Below, in pieces: positions 40,201 to 53,200 of a stretch of DNA of 64,000 bases (positions are counted from its first letter, which is position 1; the number at the start of each line of letters is the position of its first letter). Source of the DNA: Octopus vulgaris (lineage: Eukaryota); the NCBI GenBank assembly GCA_951406725.2, contig OX597815.1, forward strand, positions 114,762,001 to 114,826,000, in the 5' to 3' direction. The notes under the pieces were generated by a model. That model did no database searches, was not told the origin of the DNA, and worked only from the letters and a program-made list of their open reading frames with translations. Made by a program: the position numbers and the translations under genes.

Positions 40201-40625
40201 AGAAAATGATTGATAAATGATTTACAATTTTGACCTTTCATTGTATCTTATCAGATTTGGTGTAGCCTGTGATATTCCATTGTCAATGTTGCAAACAGAT
40301 ACATGGCTTCCATTACAGAAACTTTGTATAGGTTAGTTTGATTACATGTAAAGAACACAAAATACAATATATTTTATAGTGAGGGAGTGAATAAATTTCA
40401 TATTTGGGAAGACTTTACTTCTATGTATTTATAAAGACTTTACAAATGATATGCTTGTTAAATGTCAAAATTAAATATTCTAATAATCTGTTTAAGCAAA
40501 AGTAATTTAATGGTATCTTCAAGCACAGACATGCTCATACAAACACGGAATTATAAACATATATTTATGAGTAAGCATGCACACACACATTTACATACAT
40601 ACATACATATATATATTATATTTTG

Positions 40626-40660
<35 letters not shown>

Positions 40661-43470
40661 TAAACACACATACACATATCATCATCATTACTGTCATCAT
40701 CATTTAACGTTTGTTTTCCGTACTGGCATGGGTTGAACAGTTTGGCTAGAACTGGCAAGCTGGAGAGCTACATCGGTCTCCACTCATGTGTTTTGGCTAA
40801 GTTTCTAATGCTGGATGCCCTTCCTAATGCCAGATACTTTACAGAGTGTTTGGGGTGCCTTTTACATGGCACCAGCACAGGTACTTTTTATGTGGTACCA
40901 ACACAGTTGTCTTTTATACATACACGCACATTAATGTTTGTTTCTATGTTCAGTTATAGTAAAACCAATTTTACATTAATTTGATGGGTTACTCTACTTT
41001 TTGTAGAATACAATTTTATTATTCTTAATAAATTCATACATATAAACACACACACACACATATATTTATATATATATACATACATACATACATGTACACA
41101 TACACACACACACACGTACACACATCCACACCCACATCACTTAAGTACATAAATGAGTGCAACTTTTACTTAATCATGACAACATCCATCACCAGCAATG
41201 ACAAAACAACATAGAGATGAAATCAAACAAATTTGAAACATTATGCTGTGACAAGCAAGCATGCAGAATATATTTCTTATAAGAAAATAATTTTTTAAAG
41301 ATAGAGGAAAACTTCTAACTTTTTAGTACTGAGATTGTGCACAACAAAACAGAAGCGTCTGTCATCTGCATCAGTACATTCAGCTACCATTCCTTCTTCA
41401 CTGAGATCCAAAGCCAGACTGCCAGCCACCTGAACAAAACAGAAAAAAAAGCCAAGATCATGTAAAATTACATAAAACTAGGAATCAAATTCATGAAATA
41501 TGCTCATACCATAGATTAAATGGTATTTTATTTAAATCGTATCTGAGTGAGCTTTGATCAAAATAAAACTCCAAGATGTAACTAGCTGCTATTAGTTACA
41601 TACTGTGAATAGAAATCATTTAAAAGTGTAATTGTTGTTGACTCTGAAAAATAAAATTGATTTCATTATTCTAGATTAAACTGATTATTTTTCAAAATAA
41701 ATAATAAATAAAACTGATTTCCAATTAAGAAGACAAGGTTTCAAATTTAGGAGAAGGATGAATTTAATTTTATTGGCTTTCGTATATAACTGTTACATTA
41801 TCTCAACAACTCCGGGAGGTTGAAAGGAAGAGGTGATTTTGGCAAGATTTGAACTCAAAACATTGAGAGACATAACTAAATCCTGAAAGCCATTTTGTCT
41901 GTCATTTTATCATTTCAGCCAAACATCAGCAACAACAACTCTTATTATGAAGAATTACTACATTATGGTGATTTTGTGATGATGATAATATTGTTGTTGT
42001 TGTAGTGGGATATGAACTGGCCATAGACTGTAGTAGGACCTTGTCAACTGGAAGAGGACTAATGAGATCGATGCAGTTAATAAGGATCTTGAAAATTTAT
42101 TAATTCATTTTATAGAAAAGCATATGAGGAAAGAATATTGTTGTTACCATTTAACCCAAAGTTAGTGTTGATTGAAAAAGATTATGATAAAATGACATTC
42201 CAGTCAAAATCATCTTGCCCATTTTCTTTCCCAGATACAGTATATCTATATCTGGTAGTCTAGGGTTACATTATCCAATGTGGGTTGGTTTATTTTTTGT
42301 TTCTTTTTAAGTTAGTGGATATGATATAAGTGAGATTTGACTGATATTTCTAGCAGGTTAAGTATCCATATGCAGGCTCCTTTCTTGGTTTCAGATTGAA
42401 GAATGTATTATAAAATACTACTTATACTGTTTAGTTAAATATATAAGTTTGGCTATATGAAGTTGATACCATTTCAGTAAAACAAATAAATTTATGAACC
42501 AGTATGTTATGAAGACAAATTCAAGTGTGCCAACAGCAGATATGACAGACTAAGTGAGTACAACGAAACAAACAAAAATCTTCTTATTATTATTTAGAGA
42601 TTGGAGTTTTATAAGTAGTTGGCTTTCTCTTGATATAGTTTAAGATGCCAGTGGTTGCAAGAAGTGTATCATTCTCAATATTGGAACAGTTATGGTTGTT
42701 TGTACCAAACAATGCTCAAGGATTATAAAGAGAATAAATAAGTTTCCTTGATGTGGCTTTAATAACAATGTAATTGAATTTTTAAGAAAGGTCTCCAGTA
42801 AGCGTAAAAAGGAGAATTGTTCATGAAAACTGATAGTGACTACTACAAATAGAATTGATAGTGACATACTTATCTCAGTCTTTAGAATAGTTATGGTGTG
42901 TTTCTGTGTTCATAAGAAATTATTAAAAGGGTTGGCATCAGAGAGGGCACCTGGCCATAAAGCACTGCCTTAAAATGTTCCATCCAAACTATGCCAGCAT
43001 AAAAAACTGGTTATAAAAATGACAATAGCCTGTGATGATGACATGTACATTATGTGTGTGTGTGTGTGCATGTGCATGTGCGTTGTGTGCATGCACACGC
43101 ACGCGCATAGTACACATACAAATAAGTACATATAATAATTAAAACTAGTTAGAATATCAAGAAGGTAATCCATAAAGAAATGGTTACTAAAATAATACAA
43201 TATACTTTTTGATGAACATAGGCAATGCAAAATAACAAACCAAGAGTTTCAAGATGTAATAACTATCATAACTTGATTTGGTGGTGGAGGGGATCAGGAG
43301 GTGCAAAATGTGTCATGGGTGAATGATTTTCTAGTCTTGTCTGAAGTGAATACATAATATTTATAAGTTTTACTTCTGGTGTATTTTTACTACAAAAGCA
43401 ACACAGGGGTTGAAATGGCAGAGAAATATGAATAGAAAGTCAAGCTCCTTTTAATATATATAGGACATCA

Positions 43471-43501
<31 letters not shown>

Positions 43502-44195
43502 GATGCATTATATTATTCATATTAGATAAAATATAAAAAGAGGTATGAGAAAGTTATAAGAAGAGTAATATTGTAATTTATAAAATCAATATGTCTTAAA
43601 GTTATATCAGTTATATCACATGTTCCTCGTGTGTATGCAGTTTCGTTCTTACATAACTGATATATCTTTAAGATATATTGATTTTATAAATTACAATATT
43701 ACTCTTATAATAATAATAATAATTGATTATTGTGTATGCTTATAAATGCAAATATGTATGTATATTTAAGTGTAAGTATATGTATTTATGTATATTTATA
43801 TATGTATATGTATAAGTATGTAAATGTGTAAATTCATATTTTTATTTATTTATATTTATAACTTAACCATATGCACTTTCTAAAATCTTTGATGAAGCCT
43901 AGAGAAATACCCAAGTACCTCAATTTCATCTACTAATTACTTCAGTCTACTGGAGGAATAAAGGAAGAATGAGGTATTTTTGCTTCTTGGCTGAAACAGC
44001 TGTAAGATATTTTCCCAATTTATATTCCTGTATGTTATATTTTAATAATTACTGGTATCTTTATATATTTTATATGTAAAGCATAATATGTTATACATGT
44101 ATGTATATTCTTGTAATTGTCATTTTAGTAAATAAATTGACATAATATGTCTAAAAGTTGATGAACCACCTATTGATCCCCTCCATTTTCTTATT

Positions 44196-44291
<96 letters not shown>

Positions 44292-47200
44292 TACATACAT
44301 ACAATGGGCTTCTTTCAGTTTCTGTCTACCAAATCCACTCACAAGGCTTTGGTCAGCCCGACGCTATAGTAGAAAACATTTGCCCCAAGGTACCATGCAG
44401 TGGGACTGAGCCTGGAACCATGTGGTTGGGAAACTAGCTTCTAACCACACAATCATGCCTGTACCTATATACACACACACACATTCTGTTTGAAAAATTT
44501 AATCATTTTCAACTATAGCCAGCCCAAGAAGTCAGGAGAGACCTTTACCAAAATCTCAAGGGAAGAAGCTACAAAATTATTTCTTCAGTATCAAAAAGAT
44601 TCCTGGAAACAACTTCATAGCTAGAAATTTACGAAAGACGCTTTCTTTTACCACTTAAATAAGGACTCAACAATAACAACATATAAGATGATAAGGCCCA
44701 GTATAGAAACCAGAAGACTACATCAGATCTACATGTAGGAATGACAAGTCTTTCATAGTGATTAGTTCTCTGTGAAGTGAGTCTCATCTGCAAACTGTTT
44801 CCAGTTCCTGTTCTGACATATTTCACCTCATCATTATGCTATGCAGATGGCAAAGGGTTACAATCTTCTTTATTCACTTATTTTTACTGTTTTACAATAA
44901 CTGTATTTTTGTCATACCACTACAGGCAACATTATTTAAAACATTTTGACTTTGCAAAACTATATTTTCAAAACCACCTTTTAATATATCTTCCAAACTA
45001 TGTAGTAGAGAGACATGATATAAAGATATGAACTAAAGCAGTAGTACTTATGTTTGCAGACTTCATAAATTATAATTTATATATGCTAAATTTTTTTAAC
45101 ATTTATATAATAATAATAAATAATTTGCTCCTCTATACACTTTATGCAACAGCATTAAAATACTCTACCAGTGTCAAATATTCAGTTTTTATTCTTCTTC
45201 TTACTTGATTGCTCAACTCTAATTCTCTATTTCTTTCACATACACACACATACAAACACACAAAGATATGCACACTTTCTTTGTCTAATCCTTTTTAATT
45301 TCTGTGATGAAAGTGTAATATTCAAGCAATGGCTATTATATATGTAATATCTAAAAAAAAAAATGGTAAAGAGAATGTAGATGTATTATACATTTTCTAA
45401 TTTGAAATGGGGTTTTGAAATGGAATTTTAATAAATTCCATTATTACTAAGTGCATGTGTGGAGAATAAGAACAATACCTGACATGGCCATGTTGAAACT
45501 CTAGAATAGAAATAAAAAATATATAATACTTCTTCCAGTGACAAATTTCATGAGAATAGTTGAAGGTTTTGTAACTTCAGATATTTAAAAAAAACAAAAG
45601 CTGTGTTTGTTTTTAGGAAACACAATGTAATGTTTCTGTGACATTATTTAGGCCATCAATAATTTTATTAAGCTAATTTAAAACAGTAAAATAATCTCTA
45701 GCTATGGATATATAGTTTAAATCATGATTAAATAAATGGAAATAACCAAGGCTTAGTTATCAGAATAGGCTTACCACTTTACATACACACATACATATAT
45801 TCATACATATATACATACATAGACATATATCTCCTGTCACACTCTTATGGAACATACCCCTCTACCTGCTTCATACCACAATATACTCCCCCACCCCACT
45901 GTTTTAATTCTATTTGTTCCTTCATCTCCTTTCTTTTCCTACTGGGGTAGCCAAGTATCTCCTCTATAGTAAGATACCTATTTCTATTCCTTTATTATAC
46001 TTCAACCTCTCAATTGGTACAAAGCCACCTGTGTCAGTTCCACTCCCTCTTCCAACTGATAGGTCTTCTTGCAAGTTACTCAGCAATCCCACTGGTATTG
46101 GTGTCACATTAAAATCTTCGGTGCTAGTGCCACATAAAAAGCACCCCAAGTGGTTGGCATTAGGAAGGACATTCAGCCATAGAAGACAATGAAACCTGCT
46201 GCAGCTCTCCGGCTTGCTTAGTTCCTGTCAAATCATCTGACCCATGCCACCAAAACAGACGTCAAATGACGATGATGATGATGATATTGGTATGTGTGTG
46301 TGTAAAAGTTTAGACCACGAGGCTAATGTTGCTTACCTCATCTTTAAACTGGTACATCAGATTACCTCCTTGAGTGAAGAAGTAGCCACGTTCCCATTTG
46401 TTTGCCAATAAAGAGTGTTTACTGTAAGCAAAGATCAAGAACAATAATTTAATTACAAAAATATTTTTAGTTAAGAATGAATGCAACTCAAATGGCATTT
46501 CCATAATCAATAATCCTACAATAATCCTAAATGACATGCTATATCTAACAACAGTCCACTTCAGTAGCATTAACTTCTGCATTGCTCATGTCGGGAAAAC
46601 TACAGATAAATATTGGCTTCAACTTTTGGCACAAGGCCGGCAACTTTGGGGGAGTGGGTCAGTTGATTACATTGATCCTAGTGCTTAATTGGTACATTGA
46701 TACTTATCTTATTGACCCCAAAAGGATGAAAGGCAAAGCTGACCTCAGCAGAATTTGAACTCAGAACATAAAGATGGACAAAATGCCACTAAGACTTTCA
46801 CTCAGTGTGCTAATGATTCCGTCAACTTGTCACCTTACTATAGATAAATATTGATTTCAAATTTTGGCACAAGGCCAGCTATTTTGGGGGAGGGGGTTAA
46901 GTCAATTACATTGATCACAGTGTTTAATTGGTGCTATTTTATCAACCTTGAAAGGATAAAAGAAAAAAGTCAACCTTGGCAGAACTTGAATTCAGAATGT
47001 AAAGACATGAAATACCACCAAGCATTTTGCCCAGTGTGCTAACCATTCCACCAGCTCACTGCCTTACTCATCATCATCATCATTGTTTAACGTCCACTTT
47101 CCATGCTGGCATGGGTTGGACAGTTTGACTGAGGACTGGCAAGCCAAGAGGCTGCACCAATCTGATCTGACAAGGTTTCTACAGGGGCCAGTCAGGCAGT

Positions 47201-50200
47201 ACTGGCATTGACCATGCTTGGATGGTGTTTTTTACGTACCACTACCATGGGAGCCAGTCAGGTAGCACTGACATCAACCACAAACAGAAGAATAATAGTT
47301 TCAAATTTTGGTACAAGGCCAGCAACTTTAAGTCAATTACATTGACCCCAGCATTCAACTGGTACTTATTTTATCGACCCTGAAAGGATGACAGGCAAAG
47401 TCAATCTCAGCAGAATTTGAATTCAGACTGTAAAGAGCCAGAAATGCCACAAAACATTTTGTTTGATTCACTAACAATTCTGCCAGTACAAGAATAACAG
47501 AAAAATATTTTCATGTACAAACCACTAGCCATGCCACCACCATTATTACTATCAACATTATTATCATAATCCTCTATAAGTATCAATACTGTCTTGTGGT
47601 GTGACATAACTAATTCTCCTCAAGGTCTTATTTAGTCTTATCTCTACAACACATACTATTCGGTATATATTAATAATCACTGTCTTATTCAGCATGCATC
47701 ATTTTCTCACATACCAACTTAAAATTTTCATCACTTAACTATTATTTGGTTACTTCAACAATTTTAGAGATTTTGTTGGTTTAAAAACAAGCAAAAGCAT
47801 AAAATAAAATGAAGAATTTGTCATGCGGTTGCTTTGTCAGCAATGTTGTCTGATTGCTTGTTAGTATGTGTTGTATTGTTGAAAACCATTGTTGTGTGAT
47901 CCAGCTGGCTGCGTGTATAATAGATGAAGCAAACTCATGAATTTTTAACTTTTAACATATTTATAACCAGACATGATTTACTGCATTGGCTGTTCACAAA
48001 AGAAAGATGCTAATGATATAACTGCCAACTGGGAGGAGAGAAGTGCACTGTGTCTCGTAGAAAGCAAACTGTGGTACATTGTATGTGAGTGTCTGAAGTT
48101 GAGGTGGTCTAGTCCTAGTGGTCTGGCTTATGTGAGTGCCCAAGGTGCCCAAGATTGTCTAGATGAGTAAGGCACTAAGCAGTTTTTATAGGGTGAAATG
48201 GGAGCGAATTTTACATCAGCTGAGGAGCAACATCACACCACAGTTGATTGGTCAATATATAGATCAAAGGTGGTGAGCTGGTAGAATCGTTAGCATGTCA
48301 GGTAAAATGCTTACTGGCATTTCGTCTGTCTTTACATTCAGAGTTCAAATTCTGCTGAGGTTGACTTTACCTATCATTCTTTCAGGGTCAATAAAATAAA
48401 CACCAGTTAAGCACTGAGGTCAATGTCATTGACTTACCCCTCCCCCGAAATTGCTGGTCTTGTGCCACAATTTCAAATCAATATATAGATTAGTCACATG
48501 AAACAATGGTGGCTTACTCATGATTTGTAACTGAATATCTTGCAGTTGCATTTGACTTCCTACAACTTAAGCTAAGATTATCAATTATTATCATTCAAAT
48601 TTAGACAGAGAGACAGATGAAGGTCATCAAATATCTATTCAGCAAAAATAAAAAAGTAAAGTAAATTTAGTGTACCATTAAGTGGAGATATGTCTAATTT
48701 TTCCTTTTGCAGAAGGGGCAGGGGAACAAAGTCAGTTAGCAATCTCTAAATAAATGACCTTGAGTGAAATGTGAATATTTCTTCTCTTCAAGGTACACTT
48801 CCAAATTTTTACTTTACCTTTCATTAAACTATTACAAACACATTTGTCACCAAGACATTCAGTGCATGCAAGCATACACATTTGAGGCATATGTATGACT
48901 GTGTGATTTAGAAGTTCGCTTCCCAACCAACCATGTAGTTTCAGGTTCAGTCCTACTACATGACACCTTGGGTAAATGTCTTCTACTATAACTCCAAGCT
49001 GACCAAAACTTTATGACATCACATAATAGTTGTAGATGAACATTACTGCCATGCAAGCAGCATCATTCATTTCCAACATTCTGCATAAACTTGTCAGGCA
49101 GACCATGTGGAAATACTAGCTTGCCAGGAAACAGGCAAGTGTTGGCAACAGGAAGGGCATCCAGCTATAGAAAATCTACCTCAGTGAATTCTATCCAACC
49201 CATGTAAACATGAAAAAGTGAACATGATGATGATGATGGTGGTGATGATGATAATAATATCTATAAAAGAAATATTATATGAAGTTAGATAACTAAAACA
49301 TGAGGAGGAAAAAAAAAGCGTTGCTTTTTATGTATGTGATTTGTGGGAGGAAATGCTTGAGTCATGCAGGCTTCGTCAGCCATCAGAGAACTCAGATGGA
49401 ATCAACCCCTTGTAAATTGTGATACGGCTATTGTTCACAACAGAACATGTGCAACCTGTGGAAAGGTGTGCCTTTCAGTTGAAGGATTGAAAAGGCATGT
49501 TAAAAGACTTCATAATGTGGCACCTGTTCCCTCTGCAGCCAGCACAGCTGTGCATTATGCAATAGGATGTGTAAATATTTGGCCAGGCTCAAGAGTCATA
49601 CAAGGACCTCATATTGCATCATCAATAACACATTTCAGTGAATCTTTCTAGCAATGGCTTTGCTCATACAGGAGAAAGCAGCTACTATGTATGTGTGTAT
49701 AAAACAAGAACAACAGTATCATCATCATCAACATCATTTAACATCTTTTGTCCATGCTGGCATGGGTTGGACAGTTTGACCAGGGCTGGCAAGCTGGAAG
49801 GTTGCACTAGACTCCAGTCTGATTTGGCATGGTTTCTACAGCTGGATGCCCTTCCTAATGCCAACCACTCCGAGAGTGTAATGGATGCTTTTATGTGCCA
49901 CCAGCATAGGTGCCATTTGTGTGACACCAGTATCTGCCACGACTGTGATTTTACTTGGCTTGATGGGTTTTCTCAAGCATGACATAATGCCAAAGGTCTC
50001 GGTCATTCGTCATTGCCTCTGTGAGGCCCAACACATGAAAGGAGCTTTCCACATGCCACCGGCATCAGCCACTTTGCCTCCATGAGGCCCAACATTTGAA
50101 AGCTGGTTTTTACATGCCACTGACACAGGTACCAGTTACGTGACACCAGCATCAGCTACAACTACAATTTCACTTGGCTTCACGGGTCTTCTCAAGCACA

Positions 50201-53200
50201 GCATATTGACAAAGGTCTTGGTCACTAGTCGTTGCCTCTGTGAGGCCTAAAGTTCAAAGATCATGCTTCGCCACCTCATCCCATGTTTTCATGCTCCACC
50301 ACCTTGTCGAAAAATTATATAAAGTGTGGTATCATAGCATACAATAAGAAAACTGAGATCTTTAGGACAAGCTCCTTAATTTGAAATCCAATTATTTGAA
50401 ATCTATTCTGCTCAAATAAAGAAGACCACAAAGACAGTGTGGATTTATGAGGAGTGTTGTAAATCAATATATCATTACCTTCTCATGAATAAATAACCAG
50501 CTTTACTGACTAAGTTGACATTCGGTGGTATATATGGCATTTCTACCATTGGTTCCGGCTGATATAAATGATGACTTTGTTTTTCTAGAGTGTCGATGAG
50601 TTCAATTGTTTTCTGGGTATCTTGACCTAATTCTTGTTGAACACTGAAAATAATAATAAATAAATAAATAGAAATACATTAATTTATTTAGAGGCAAAAA
50701 CTGAAAAAAATTAGCTTAGATATCACATGATTAAACAAATATATTGATTTCTTTGATTAAGCACAATGTTTTTTTATGCCATGTGAAGAGAATATACTGT
50801 ATTCATGAAATATATATTATATGTACGTTATATGTAAATTAATATATTATTAGTACATTGTTAGTGAATATATGAGCCAATGGGGAAGCTTTTCCTAGTA
50901 GGTCATCTGACCAGTTAAAAAAAAGTATACAAATCTACTTTAAACCACACCCTACAGTCATTTTTTTAGTTTTTTAAAAAAAACTCACACATTTGATAAT
51001 GTGATCCAAGATATACTATGTCTGAGTAAAAGATTTAATAGCCAAGGGTAACTTTAAAGTTGTTCAGTCATGGCTGGTCTGGGGTTGAACAGCAATTAGT
51101 TCCATATTTTATTGATTTTTGTAGAATGAAAAACAAATCAAACTTCAACAGATTTTGATTAATGTCTTAGTAAGTTATAACTTAAATTTCTATCCATCAA
51201 TACATTCTTCTTCTCCTCCTCCTTCTTCCTCCCCCTTCTTTGTCACCGCGGCATTGGCATCATTTAATGTCCATTTTCCATGCTGGTATAGGATGGATGA
51301 TCTGACAGGAGCTGAAAAGCCAGAGGACTGCTCCAAGCTCCAGTGTCTGCTTTGGCATGGTTTCTATGGCTGGACACCTTTCCTAACACCAACCATTTCA
51401 GAGTGTATTGGGTGCATTTTATGTGGCACTAGTGAGGTTATCAAAGAACTCACAAAACATGATCCCTTAAATTAAGGTGAGTGAAGTACTATATATATAT
51501 CTATATTCACACCACCTTAAAAAACATGAAATTTGATTTCATGTCACAGAGAGTTTTCAATTAGTATAATATTAATGTCTTTTACACCAGAAAAGAACAA
51601 CAAACTTTTACAAGTAATTATTGCAAAAATACATGTTAACATCTTCATTAAATGATGAATGTAATGAATTATTATGTCAACTTCTTTTTCATTTTATTTT
51701 TTTTTTAGCTCCTTTATCTATTGTCGCTGTTTAGCTTCAAGTCAGCTGTGACTAAACACATCTACCATGTCCAACTCAACCTTCTCTTGAGACAAGATGA
51801 ACATGGATAGACTGTATCTCTATCTTTTCACGTCTATAAGCTGTAATTTGAAAAAACTTTGATTGTTGTTTCTAGCAGGTCAAGCACTGACTTAGAGGCT
51901 TAGTTGGCTAGATTCTTTCCCATAATTATTAAATTTTGTGTTTACATTTGCAATTATAAAATATGACTTTTGTTGAAAACTTCTACTTTTTTATTTTGAA
52001 TTCTGAAAATGAGGGAAGGAATAAAATAAATTGGAACAGTCCCAGTACATGTATGAGTAAAAATCAAATCTAGCAGTATTTGAGCTCTAATTTTCAGAGT
52101 GTAGTAAAGCCCATGCTGAGTTTAGAACCAAATTTTCCAAGTCCAAAACTACAACCTAACTTATCTCCACAAAAGGAAAAGTGTCACCATAAAAGTTAGT
52201 AACTCCTATGTAAATATGGCTAGACCAATCAGCATTGGCTAACTTATGTTTGATGCAGCAAACTTCAAAGGAAGTATGTCATTTTTCCACCAGATAGTTT
52301 AGCCAAAGATTCTAGAAGGATGGCTTACAGTCATAAAAGCTGGAAAATTTAATCTCAAACCAGACAGGGGAATCTATGTAACTTGTTTTAACAAGTTGGT
52401 CTATCTCTCTCTCTCTCCCCATGTTTTACTTTTCTTGTGTAACAGGCTTATGTCATACTCAACAAAAGGTACCAACCTTAGCTTGTAGTGTCTGAGTAAT
52501 ACACATTAATTGTATACAGTGATTTAAATTCCTTATGCTACTTTCATAATATTATTACTGAGTTGTATTACATAAAATTCTTAACCATTATGTTTGTTAT
52601 CCCATAAATTTATCAACTCAATCAAATTTTAGTGTGATCATCATTCTAACACAATCTACCTAACGCTGTGAACAGCCAACAAAGAATATATGACTAACTA
52701 CTGCGCAAAAACGGTCAACCTAACACAAGACAAGAGAATTTGGTTCTTTCTGAAACTTACCCTTGAACACTGGCTGTAATGTTGTTTAGAAATTCTTCAA
52801 TTTCCCGTTTAACAATAGCATCATAGCCCATTTGAAAGAAAGTCCGTTGAGCATGTATATAGCCCAAGATAGGTTCTAGCAGGAAGCATTTCCGCTTATA
52901 CTGGAGAGCATTGAGTGAAGCATAATAATGGAGAGCTGTCTGTCAAGAGAAAAAAGAAAAAAGCTAGGTAAGAGCTAGAATCTACAAAAAGATAAAGTGC
53001 TTTCATTTCCAATACTTTTTTCAAACTTGCATAACTTTATTTCTCTATGTGATCATATTTATAATTAAATACACCATCTACATATTTCAATTAATCTTTT
53101 TAAAATAATATAAAATTTACAAGTGTTTGGAACACAACAAAAGGTTTTTTTAAATTATGATGGAAGGCATTAGTCTAAATACAAACACATCAAAGTGTGT

